This document shows, in pieces, positions 48,565-57,006 of a DNA stretch of 64,000 nucleotides. Origin of the DNA: Candidatus Latescibacterota bacterium. Its GTDB lineage: Bacteria; Latescibacterota; UBA2968; UBA8231. The DNA is taken from the NCBI GenBank assembly GCA_965242865.1, contig CBDETK010000013.1, forward strand, positions 128,001 to 192,000, in the 5' to 3' direction. The position numbers and the translations under genes are program-made. Every line of letters begins with the position of its first letter. The stretch's first letter is position 1. Below the pieces are notes generated by a model. That model did no database searches, was not told the origin of the DNA, and saw only the letters and a list, made by a program, of their open reading frames with translations.

Positions 48565-49473
48565 TTAGCCGGCCGCTTCCTGCACGGCGTTGGCGACGAA
48601 CTGGCCGCGGGCCCGAGTGATAGCACCCGCAAGGGTGCGCTTGACCAGCACTCCGACGAGGTGGGTGCGGAACTCGGCCGGGCCGCGCATGTCGGAAATT
48701 GGCCGAGCCGCGCTTTGAGCGGCGGCCGCCGCGGCCGCGATGGCCTCGTCGGAGACGGCTCGACCGGCTAGGCTGTCGCCGGCCTCGCGGGCGAAAATCG
48801 GCGTGGGGCCGACCGCCCCGAGCGCGATGCGCGCGGCCTTAAACTCCTTGCCGCGATTGGCCAAGACAACGTGCGAGGACACGCCGACGACGGCAATATC
48901 CATCTCATTGCGCGGAATGAAGCGCTGGTAGTGAGAGCCGGTGTTCTTCTTGGCAATCGGGAGCTGGAGAGCAACCAAGAGCTCCCCGGGCGCGAGCACA
49001 TTGCGGCCCGGGCCGGTGCAAAAGTCCTCTACCGCGACTTGGCGCTTGCCGTCCGGCCCGGCGATGTGGCACACGGCCGAGTGAGTAATCAGGCTGGGGG
49101 TCGCGTCCGCGCTGGGCGAGGCGTTGCACAAATTGCCGCCAAACGTGGCGCGGCCTTGGATTTGGATGCCGCCGATAATGGCGGCCGAATCCACGAGCCC
49201 GGGGTAGCGCTCGACGATTTCGGGGTCGTTGTAGATGCGCCAGCAGGGCACGGCCGCGCCAATGACCAAACCCCGGCGCGGACCGTAGGAAAGCTCATTG
49301 ACCTCGGGGACGTTCTTGATGTCGAGGATGCAGTCGGGCTCAAAACGCTTGCCGCGCAATTGGACGATCAAGTCGGTGCCGCCGGCAAGGACGCGGGCGG
49401 CCTCGCCTTTTTCGGCCTTGAGGGCCACGGCCTCGCGCAACGTGCTAGGGGCGCAGTATGCAAAATTTTTCAA
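48565..49473 (-). CDS. FAD-binding subunit (CoxM-like)
   Basis: 'LAGGTDL', 'ATFGGNLCNASPSAD', 'PISDMRG'. Confidence 0.93.
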   Translation of the reverse strand: MKNFAYCAPSTLREAVALKAEKGEAARVLAGGTDLIVQLRGKRFEPDCILDIKNVPEVNELSYGPRRGLVIGAAVPCWRIYNDPEIVERYPGLVDSAAIIGGIQIQGRATFGGNLCNASPSADATPSLITHSAVCHIAGPDGKRQVAVEDFCTGPGRNVLAPGELLVALQLPIAKKNTGSHYQRFIPRNEMDIAVVGVSSHVVLANRGKEFKAARIALGAVGPTPIFAREAGDSLAGRAVSDEAIAAAAAAAQSAARPISDMRGPAEFRTHLVGVLVKRTLAGAITRARGQFVANAVQEAAG

Positions 49474-49587
49474 GGAAAAGCCTCCTCGCTTGTAAGTGGT
49501 CGCTGCGTTCGCGCCTAATTATGGAATGCTCCATCCGCGCTGTCAAGAGCGGTACAAGGGGCGGCGCAATGGGCTGGAAGCTGGAGT

Positions 49588-49613
49588 TGGATTCCCGTTT
49601 TCACGGGAATGAC
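49588..49613. repeat. dRS3/REP-like palindrome
   Basis: tggattcccgttttcacgggaatgac. Confidence 0.7.
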
Positions 49614-49677
49614 GGAGCCCGGCTCTACGGCTTGTTCAACACGACCCAAAGGGGATTTTCAGACCGCCTACAGCCTC

Positions 49678-51507
49678 TTAGGGGAGCTTGGTCATCTTCT
49701 TGGTTTCTACTCGCCCATCCACTGCGGCCCGATAGAAATACACGCCAGCGGCCACATCCCTACCCACCGCATCGCGGCCGTTCCAAGTAAAGCGATGAGC
49801 GCCCGCCGGCAGTGCCCCTTGCCATAGCTGTCGCACCCGACGACCGAGCGCGTCGTACACGGTCAAGGACGCCTGCGTCGCGTCCGTCGCCAAGTCGAGG
49901 GGGATCACGACAGCCGGGTTGAACGGATTGGGATAGCTGTCGCCCAGCCGATGTTGCGCGGGCCGAGCCCCCGCCGCGGTCGTCACCGCCGTCGGCAGGC
50001 CAGCCCCCGAATTCTCGAGCACATACATACCGCCCAAGGCCGGGTCCAACACCACCAAGTCTAGGTCGCCGTCGTCATCGACATCGCCGGGCAGCACGCT
50101 GACCCCATCGCCGGCCAAGCGATGCGTCTCTGTTTCTTGGGTCGGGTTCAAGCCTCCACCCCACTCGACAAACACCCCAAGGCCCGACGCCCGGTTGCCG
50201 CCGACAAACACCCAATCATCGACCCCGTCGGCGTTAAAATCGCGCACCACCACCTCTGAGCGCAGAAACAGTTGTCCGTCGTACAGCACTTGCTCGTTAT
50301 ATATCACCTCTTCTGCGGAAAGCCCTTGCACGACGAGGCCCATGTTCCCCTCAAAGGGGTTGCGTTGGAGTTCCGCGAGCCACTCCCACTGCCCATCGCC
50401 ATCAAAATCGCCCCCTGGAATATCCCAGAGGCGTTCCACCAAATCCAAGAGGTCGAGATCATTCGGATTCATAGTGAGTACCTCTTCTTGGAGATCCGGC
50501 CCAATAGACCAAACCTCAATTTCGTCTCTTTTTCCTATCACGATCTCGTCTTGGCCATCGCCATCTACATCGTGGGCGAATGGCTGCCAAGGGCCCATGT
50601 CTTGGCTGTACTTGAGGCGTGCGAATTCAAAGGCCCCGCGGCCATCATTGAGTGCCATGACCCAAGCCCAAGAGGGCCGCCAGCCGGCGGGGGGATCGCC
50701 CTCATAAGGGGCATGCCGAGCAGAGAAAAGGTCTAAGTCGCCATCGCCATCTAAGTCGGTCAAGACGCCGCCCCATATATGCCCTAAACCCGGGGTAATC
50801 GGATAAAACACTGGCGGCGCGAAAAGACCGGGGCGATCAAAGTGGAAATACGCTACGGGCGGCGGGGCCAATTCGCCCTGCGAGCGCTCTTCAGGGCCGG
50901 TCAACTCGATCCAGTCGATCTCAAGGTGCCCGACCAACTCGTCCACGGACTGGAGCTCCGCCGCTTCGTTCCGAGCAAAGAAAAAAGCCAGCCGAATATC
51001 TCGTAAAAGCCCTTCCCACACGATCTCATCTCGGCCGGAGAGGGTAAACTCTGCTTCCTTCCACTCGGTGGTAGTGTAAGCGGAACCGTCCGTGGAGCGG
51101 ATCGTAAACCGGCTTTTTGACGGCCTTTCTGGGTCGAGCCCTGGGGCCGCGAGATTGTGCTCATTCGTCCAAGCAAACCAAACGAGGCTTGCCGTAGGGC
51201 GATGGTGTGCGGTGCGGAACCGAACTCGCACCCGGTCGAACAGGTGCGAATCGTAGCCTATGGTAGAAGAAATCAAGGCCACATTCGGAGAAGGATACCT
51301 TTTCCCAGCTACCGAGGGCGAGACATTGACCTTCCACACGCCGTCTTCAACTTCCCCCGGAAACAGATGAAATTCACTTGACCCGCCCCAAGCAGTTGCT
51401 GTTTTGGCGGCCCACCCTTGCGTCGTTCCGTCGTCGAAATCCCACTTGACGGCCTCGGCGAGGCTGCTCCACAGCACTACGCAGGTAAAAACGGCGAACT
51501 TCAACAT
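49678..51507 (-). CDS. Secreted FG-GAP repeat protein with C-terminal FlgD-Ig/T9SS-type sorting domain
   Basis: Signal peptide 'MLKFAVF...AEA', DxDGDGD repeats, 'YPNPFNP...YD.LGR.VR...WNGRD..G..VAAGVYFY'. Confidence 0.85.
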   Translation of the reverse strand: MLKFAVFTCVVLWSSLAEAVKWDFDDGTTQGWAAKTATAWGGSSEFHLFPGEVEDGVWKVNVSPSVAGKRYPSPNVALISSTIGYDSHLFDRVRVRFRTAHHRPTASLVWFAWTNEHNLAAPGLDPERPSKSRFTIRSTDGSAYTTTEWKEAEFTLSGRDEIVWEGLLRDIRLAFFFARNEAAELQSVDELVGHLEIDWIELTGPEERSQGELAPPPVAYFHFDRPGLFAPPVFYPITPGLGHIWGGVLTDLDGDGDLDLFSARHAPYEGDPPAGWRPSWAWVMALNDGRGAFEFARLKYSQDMGPWQPFAHDVDGDGQDEIVIGKRDEIEVWSIGPDLQEEVLTMNPNDLDLLDLVERLWDIPGGDFDGDGQWEWLAELQRNPFEGNMGLVVQGLSAEEVIYNEQVLYDGQLFLRSEVVVRDFNADGVDDWVFVGGNRASGLGVFVEWGGGLNPTQETETHRLAGDGVSVLPGDVDDDGDLDLVVLDPALGGMYVLENSGAGLPTAVTTAAGARPAQHRLGDSYPNPFNPAVVIPLDLATDATQASLTVYDALGRRVRQLWQGALPAGAHRFTWNGRDAVGRDVAAGVYFYRAAVDGRVETKKMTKLP

Positions 51508-51581
51508 GACGATACCTCCATAGAAATTTCCGCAAGATGGCGTGACGAACAATCGAATTATATGGCCAGCGACTGGCCGCA

Positions 51582-51909
51582 TCAATCGCTCTTTTCCTCC
51601 GCTTCCAAGCTCCAATAGATCGTTTCGATCCAGCGCGGCGTTGGTACGAAAGCCCAGTCCCACGACGCCCATTGCGGATCGAGCCCCTCTGCGCGGATTT
51701 GGTCGAGGGACATGCCCGCGTGCCGGCGCGTCCGCACGCTGGCCGTGGTTTCCACCAACATGCGATGGTAGGTCTTTAGGTCGTTGAGGGTGGCGACCGG
51801 ACCGTGGCCGGGGATGATTTTGGCGTCTGCGGGAAGCTGGTCGATGAGCGTGGCGATGTGCTGCGTCAGGGTCTCGACATCGCCGCCGTACTCTAAATCG
51901 ACAAAGGGG
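51582..51909 (-). pseudogene. C-terminal fragment of an MBL-fold metallo-hydrolase (cyclase-like)
   Basis: Frame reads PFVDLEYGGDV...KIIPGHGPVAT...W..W.W.F....WIETIY; no N-terminal half or start. Confidence 0.75.
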
Positions 51910-51999
51910 CTCCACGGCAGGCGAATCTTCGCCGGGCGATCAGCACGGCCTATTACGCTCTATTCCATTGCTTGGCCAGATGTTGCGCCGACATGCTAG
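51902..51999 (+). pseudogene. Internally deleted copy of the HEPN gene
   Basis: Matches 55926-56023, then jumps to the gene end via the 12-bp repeat ccgacgcgctag (56012 and 56338). Confidence 0.85.
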
Positions 52000-52655
52000 C
52001 GGCTCAGTGCCCAGACCGCGATGTTGGTGCCCATTTTGAGGGCGTCGAGGCGCTTGCTCTCCGGGTCGTTGTGGACGCCGGGGTCCTCCCAGCCGTCGCC
52101 TAAATCCGCTTCGTACGTGTACAGTACGGCGAGGCGGTCGCCGGCGAACAGCGCGAGGGCTTGCGGTCGTTTGCCGTCGTGCTCGTGGACTTTGGGCAGG
52201 CCGGCTGGCAACTCAAAGTGACAGCGGAACAGGGGATGTTCGGGCGGCAGCTCGATCCACTCGGCGTTGGGAAAGACTGGGCGCATGGCGCGGCGGAAGC
52301 TCTCGTCCATGCCGTAGTTGTCGTCCGCGTGGAGAAAACCGCCGCTCTCCAAGTAGTGCCTAAGCCGCGCCACTTCCTCAGCGGAAAACGCGACATTGCC
52401 GTGCCCGGTCATGTAGATGTACGGATAGGAAAACAATTCCTCGTCCATGATTTGCACCCGTGCCTCGGCTTCGGCCGCGTCGATTTGGGTATGCTCCCGC
52501 AAAAAGCGGAGCAGGTTGGGCAGGGAAGAGAGATCGCTGTACCAGTCGCCGCCGCCGCCGTACTGCAGTCGCGCAATGGTAAATAGGGGCTGGGCCGGGC
52601 TGTCCACCGCAAGGAGCGCGACGGCAACCGCAGCGTAGAGGGCGCGGACGCGCAT
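51996..52655 (-). CDS. DUF4159 domain protein (duplicate copy)
   Basis: 'GGGDWY', 'YPYIYMTGHG', 'GGFLHADDNYG', 'DLGDGWED'; near-identical to 56346-57005. Confidence 0.88.
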   Translation of the reverse strand: MRVRALYAAVAVALLAVDSPAQPLFTIARLQYGGGGDWYSDLSSLPNLLRFLREHTQIDAAEAEARVQIMDEELFSYPYIYMTGHGNVAFSAEEVARLRHYLESGGFLHADDNYGMDESFRRAMRPVFPNAEWIELPPEHPLFRCHFELPAGLPKVHEHDGKRPQALALFAGDRLAVLYTYEADLGDGWEDPGVHNDPESKRLDALKMGTNIAVWALSR

Positions 52656-52656
52656 G

Positions 52657-53874
52657 TCAGGGATTGTTGATCACGGCGAATTTGCCGCGCACGGGATCGC
52701 CGATTTCTGCCTGCGCGACAAAGTAGTAAATGCCCGACCCCGCGAGAAAGCCGGCCGCGCTCTGGCCGTTCCAAATGACCGCGCCCTCGCCGGCCGCCGT
52801 GAAAATGCGGACGCCGGCCCCAAGCGGCAGATCGGCAAAGGTCAGGGATGCGCCGCGGCCGCCGATGTGAAAGGGGTTGGGGTACGCGTACGCCCGCGGT
52901 CCAACGGCTGTCCCCGAGCCGCCGAGTTGCAGGCGGCTCATGCCGGCGAGCGTACCAATCCACAACGCGCCGTTTTCCCGGTCGAAGTGGAGCGAGTTGA
53001 CGCGATTGTTGACGAGGCCGTCGCTGGTGTCGAGCGCGAACTCAACTTGGCCCTCGGTGTTGATGCGGGCCAAGCCGCCTTCGGTGCCGACCCACATTCG
53101 CCCCCAGTCGTCTTCGGCCAGCGCCGTGGTCGCGGTGGATGGCAGGCCGTTGTCGGTGCTGTACACCCGCCAACTCGCGACAGCAAAATCCGCATTGGCG
53201 CGCGAATAGGTGCCGCGCACGGCATTGAGGCCGTTGTTCGTGGCGACCCACACCCGCCCCGACCGATCGACGTGAATGTCGCTGATGGTATCGCTCGTCA
53301 GGTCGGGGTATGCGGCCGTGTCAAAGGCCAAGCCGAGCTCGTCGCCGATTGCAAAAGGAGTGCCGCCATCGTCGAAGCTGTTGAGCGCGGCCCGTTGGGG
53401 CGGCCACCCATCCATGACGACGAGTCCATTGCGGACGTTGGCGATCCACAGCAAGCCGTTGGCGTCGCGGTCAATGTCGCTGATGGCGACAAAGGCATCG
53501 CCGTCAATGCCGGCGAGCGCCGAGTTGGTGGCGTTGAGGTTGTGCCACTGGCCAGCGGCGTCGCGCACGTCAATGCCCCAACCCCAACTTCCGACCCACA
53601 GCAAGCCCTCGGCGTCGGTCTCTACGGCCGAGACTTTTTCGGACGACAGGTTGGTCCGGCTGGTGTGGGTGGTCCAGCCTTGGCCGTCGAACTCGTACAG
53701 GCCAAAAGCGGGCAGATTGTCCTTGGGCACGGAGGCGACCCATAGATGACCGTCGGCGGTCTGAGCCATGTCGAAGAAGAAATTGCCTACAGGATCGCGG
53801 GGGGGCCGCGGCGGGTCGGCACCGATGACGCGCAGGCCGCTCGCGCTGGCTACCCACAGCGGGCCACCGGTATC
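52657..53874 (-). pseudogene. 3' half of the two-component-regulator propeller (PorZ-like) gene with two internal in-frame deletions
   Basis: Copy of 57007-58359 missing 33 bp and 102 bp; no signal peptide. Confidence 0.88.
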
Positions 53875-53875
53875 A

Positions 53876-54415
53876 TTCGTGGCCAACGGGCACGTGTATC
53901 CCCAAATCGAACGCCCGGGCAGCGGCGCGACCTACGCGCAAGCCAACCACTTGTTCGCCAATGACGCCGGTCACTTCCGCCTCGTTGAGCTGGCCCCGAG
54001 CGAGAAGCGGGCGGTCAGTCGCGGCGCGGTGGCCGGGGACTTTGACGACGATGGCCGCTTAGACCTGTTCGTCACTAACCTCAACGACCGCCCCTCCCTG
54101 CTGCACAACCAGACGACCGCTGACCACCATTGGCTCGGCCTGCGCCTTGTGGGCGCGGGAAAAAACCGCGAGGCCGTTGGCGCGAAGGCCGTATTGTGGA
54201 GTGGCGGTCAAAAGCAGCGGCGGGACGTGCTCTGCGGCGAGAGCTTCTTGGGCAGCGGCGACCGGCGCGTGCATTTTGGCTTGGGCGCAACGGGCCGAGC
54301 GGATTCGCTGCACATCTATTGGCCGAGCGGGGTGCTGCAACGGCTAATTGGCTTGCCGATTGATGGGTATGTGAGGGTTGAGGAGGGAGTTGATGGCGGC
54401 GTTGGAGTCTGGTAG
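53876..54415 (+). pseudogene. C-terminal fragment of a CRTAC1/ASPIC-UnbV gene
   Basis: 'FVANGHVYPQI', 'SRGAVAGDFDDDGRLD', 'NREAVGA', 'HFGLG', 'WPSG'; starts abruptly at the junction. Confidence 0.82.
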
Positions 54416-54510
54416 GTTATCCGTCGATAGCACTGAATGGCGGTATAGTTGAGGATGGTAGGGCCGCTGTTCCGACACACCTAGGAAGGTACATAGCTGG
54501 AGACTCAATC

Positions 54511-54894
54511 ATGCAGAGCTACCCCTATCCAGAATACGATGGCGTAAGAAGTATTGTGCTCGGAGTCGTCGTCAGCATTTTGACGTGCGGGATTTACTAT
54601 TTCTATTGGCAATACAAACAGATGGAAACGCTCAATGCGTGGTTGGGCCGAGAGGAGTACAACTTCTGGCTTTGGATCGTACTCTTTATTCTGACGTGCG
54701 GCATATTTGAGATTTACTACGAATACAAGATGGCGAAGGGCATCAACGAGATTCAGGAGGACAATAGTCTGCGGGCAAACAAAGACTTAGCATTGATCTG
54801 CGTCCTGATTTCTGTTTTTACCTTCGGATTGGCCGCTACTGCCATCCAGCAGTGGGAAATCAACAAGTTCTACGGTGAAAACGCCGACAGTTAG
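54511..54894 (+). CDS. DUF4234 domain membrane protein
   Basis: Duplicated 'ILTCGIY..YW.YK' / 'ILTCGIF..Y..YK', C-terminal 'Q.EINK'. Confidence 0.82.
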   Translation: MQSYPYPEYDGVRSIVLGVVVSILTCGIYYFYWQYKQMETLNAWLGREEYNFWLWIVLFILTCGIFEIYYEYKMAKGINEIQEDNSLRANKDLALICVLISVFTFGLAATAIQQWEINKFYGENADS

Positions 54895-55264
54895 TCCTGT
54901 TCACCTCGCACGAGTTTTCCTCGTTGGGCTGGCCCTCGTCGCTGCATTCTCGGCGTGGTTTAGCCCAGTGTTCGGCATGGCTTGGCCGATCCTGTGCCCC
55001 TTCCGCTTCCTCGCCCATCTACCCTGCCCAGGCTGCGGCATGGCACGCGCCTGCATAGCCCTCGCCCAAGGCGACTTCGCCGGAGCTTGGTACTACCATC
55101 CCTTCGCGTTCTTCCTCGTCTCATTAGCCCTCGCTCTCGCGTGCTCTCCGAGTCGGCTCGGCCGCGCTTGGCTCGTGCTGTCTCCGCCCCTCCGCGAGGT
55201 ACTCGCTGGAGGCGTACTGGCTCTCGTGCTAGCGTTGTGGATATATCGCGTGTTGCCCTGCTAG
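54875..55264 (+). CDS. DUF2752 domain membrane protein
   Basis: 'CPFRFLAHLPCPGCGMARA..AL..GD...A..YHP'. Confidence 0.88.
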   Translation: MKTPTVSPVHLARVFLVGLALVAAFSAWFSPVFGMAWPILCPFRFLAHLPCPGCGMARACIALAQGDFAGAWYYHPFAFFLVSLALALACSPSRLGRAWLVLSPPLREVLAGGVLALVLALWIYRVLPC

Positions 55265-55290
55265 CGGCTCAGTACCCCAGCGTGGACGCC
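55261..55290 (-). repeat. Remnant of the DUF4159 3' tip
   Basis: ctagcggctcagtacccag vs ctagcggctcagtgcccag at 56346; followed by gtggacgcc (cf. 56421). Confidence 0.65.
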
Positions 55291-55445
55291 CAGGCAGTGG
55301 CGCGACCTAGGTGCAAGCGAATCATTATGTTCGCCAATTTCTCCTGCTCTCTGTTGAACCATCCGAGAAATACGTCGGCATCGCAATAGACGTTCCGCAT
55401 ATAGGTTTACTCAGATGGCAATTCGTTTTTGGGGCGCATAAGAGC

Positions 55446-55517
55446 CTCGCTGGGGGTGTGCTGGCTCTCGTGTTGATGCTTTGGTTGTATCGCTTGCGGC
55501 GTTGCGAGGGCTGTTGA
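55446..55517 (+). pseudogene. Divergent copy of the DUF2752 3' tip
   Basis: LAGGVLALVLMLWLYRL vs LAGGVLALVLALWIYRV (55202-55264), with synonymous codon changes. Confidence 0.75.
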
Positions 55518-55571
55518 CCGCGACAGGACCATCGGACATGTTAAGACAGAACGCAGACGCGGAGGACGACA

Positions 55572-55889
55572 ATGCCAGAAGTCACACAGCAGCAATTGAA
55601 TGACGCGAAGCATGTGGTCGAAACCACGTTGGGAGAGCAATTCGACGATATTGACTTCGTGATGGTCTCCGTCTTGCCCGATGTAGAAGAGTGGGACGAC
55701 GACGACGACGAATTTATTGAAGTCAAGGCGATCTACGACGGAGTTGCCGGGCAATTGCGCGGCGAGCGAATGGTCGGGGTGATTCCTCTGCTGCGGCGAC
55801 GCCTACTAGAATCGGGCGTCACCGCGTTCCCGGTCATGCGCTACATCGCAAAATCCGACTGGGACGAGCGTCCAAGTGACGCCGCATGA
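55572..55889 (+). CDS. Acidic small protein upstream of HEPN (putative antitoxin, possibly degenerate NTase fold)
   Basis: RBS ggagg; overlaps the HEPN start; 'DDDDDEFIEV...LRRRL.E.G..AFP'. Confidence 0.65.
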   Translation: MPEVTQQQLNDAKHVVETTLGEQFDDIDFVMVSVLPDVEEWDDDDDEFIEVKAIYDGVAGQLRGERMVGVIPLLRRRLLESGVTAFPVMRYIAKSDWDERPSDAA

Positions 55890-56349
55890 CCTCATTTCTG
55901 CCGCGCAAGACTTAGTCGGCGACGGCAAAGGAGCTCCACGGCAGGCGAATCTTCGCCGGGCGATCAGCACGGCCTATTACGCTCTATTCCATTGCTTGGC
56001 CGGATGTTGCGCCGACGCGCTAGTAGGAACTGCCAGAGCCAATCGAAGCGAACCTGCATGGCGTCAAGCCTATCGCGCCCTAGAACACCGCGACGCTGCT
56101 AAGCGGTGCGAACAGAACCAAATTCAGCGGTTCCCGCCAGAAATTCAGGAATTTGCCGGGGCGTTCGTGGACATGCAGCGAAAACGCCATCGAGCGGATT
56201 ACGCATCTGAAGGGCATTGGCTGAAGTCCGAAGTAGCGGACGATATAGCCCAAGCGGCCGCGGCAATCGCGCTACTTGAACATGCGCCGCTAAAGGATCG
56301 TCGCGCATTCGCTGTCTATGTCTTGCTTAGGCTCAGACCGACGCGCTAG
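55876..56349 (+). CDS. HEPN domain protein
   Basis: 'RRAISTAYYALFH', 'RALEH', 'KRHRADY'. Confidence 0.82.
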   Translation: MTPHDLISAAQDLVGDGKGAPRQANLRRAISTAYYALFHCLAGCCADALVGTARANRSEPAWRQAYRALEHRDAAKRCEQNQIQRFPPEIQEFAGAFVDMQRKRHRADYASEGHWLKSEVADDIAQAAAAIALLEHAPLKDRRAFAVYVLLRLRPTR

Positions 56350-57005
56350 CGGCTCAGTGCCCAGACCGCGATGTTGGCGCCCATTTTGAGGGCGTCGAGG
56401 CGCTTGCTCTCCGGGTCGTTGTGGACGCCGGGGTCCTCCCAGCCGTCGCCTAGATCCGCTTCGTACGTGTACAGCACGGCGAGGCGGTCGCCGGCGAACA
56501 GCGCGAGGGCTTGCGGTCGTTTGCCGTCGTGCTCGTGGACTTTGGGCAGGCCGGCTGGCAACTCAAAGTGACAGCGGAACAGGGGATGTTCGGGCGGCAG
56601 CTCGATCCACTCGGCGTTGGGAAAGACTGGGCGCATGGCGCGGCGGAAGCTCTCGTCCATGCCGTAGTTGTCGTCCGCGTGGAGAAAACCGCCGCTCTCC
56701 AAGTAGTGCCTAAGCCGCGCCACTTCCTCGGCGGAAAAAGCGACATTGCCGTGCCCCGTCATGTAGATGTACGGATAGGAAAACAACTCCTCGTCCATGA
56801 TTTGCACCCGTGCCTCGGCTTCGGCCGCGTCGATTTGGGTATGCTCCCGCAAGAAGCGGAGCAGGTTGGGCAGGGAAGAGGGGTCGCTGTACCAGTCGCC
56901 GCCGCCGCCGTACTGCAGCCGCGCAATGGTAAATAGGGGCTGGGCCGGGCTGTCCACCGCAAGGAGCGCGACGGCAACCGCAGCGCAGAGGGTGCGGACG
57001 CGCAT
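56346..57005 (-). CDS. DUF4159 domain protein
   Basis: 'GGGDWYSDP', 'MTGHG', 'DDNYG', 'GDGWED'. Confidence 0.9.
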   Translation of the reverse strand: MRVRTLCAAVAVALLAVDSPAQPLFTIARLQYGGGGDWYSDPSSLPNLLRFLREHTQIDAAEAEARVQIMDEELFSYPYIYMTGHGNVAFSAEEVARLRHYLESGGFLHADDNYGMDESFRRAMRPVFPNAEWIELPPEHPLFRCHFELPAGLPKVHEHDGKRPQALALFAGDRLAVLYTYEADLGDGWEDPGVHNDPESKRLDALKMGANIAVWALSR

Positions 57006-57006
57006 G

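Noticed and set aside
45764-49473. Aerobic CO dehydrogenase
   Set aside because: The active-site loop is AYRAPG and no coxDEFG genes are adjacent
51902-53874. Simple assembly duplication
   Set aside because: The copies differ by SNPs and by deletions bounded by microhomologies, which a plain repeat artefact would not produce; strain chimerism still needs a read check
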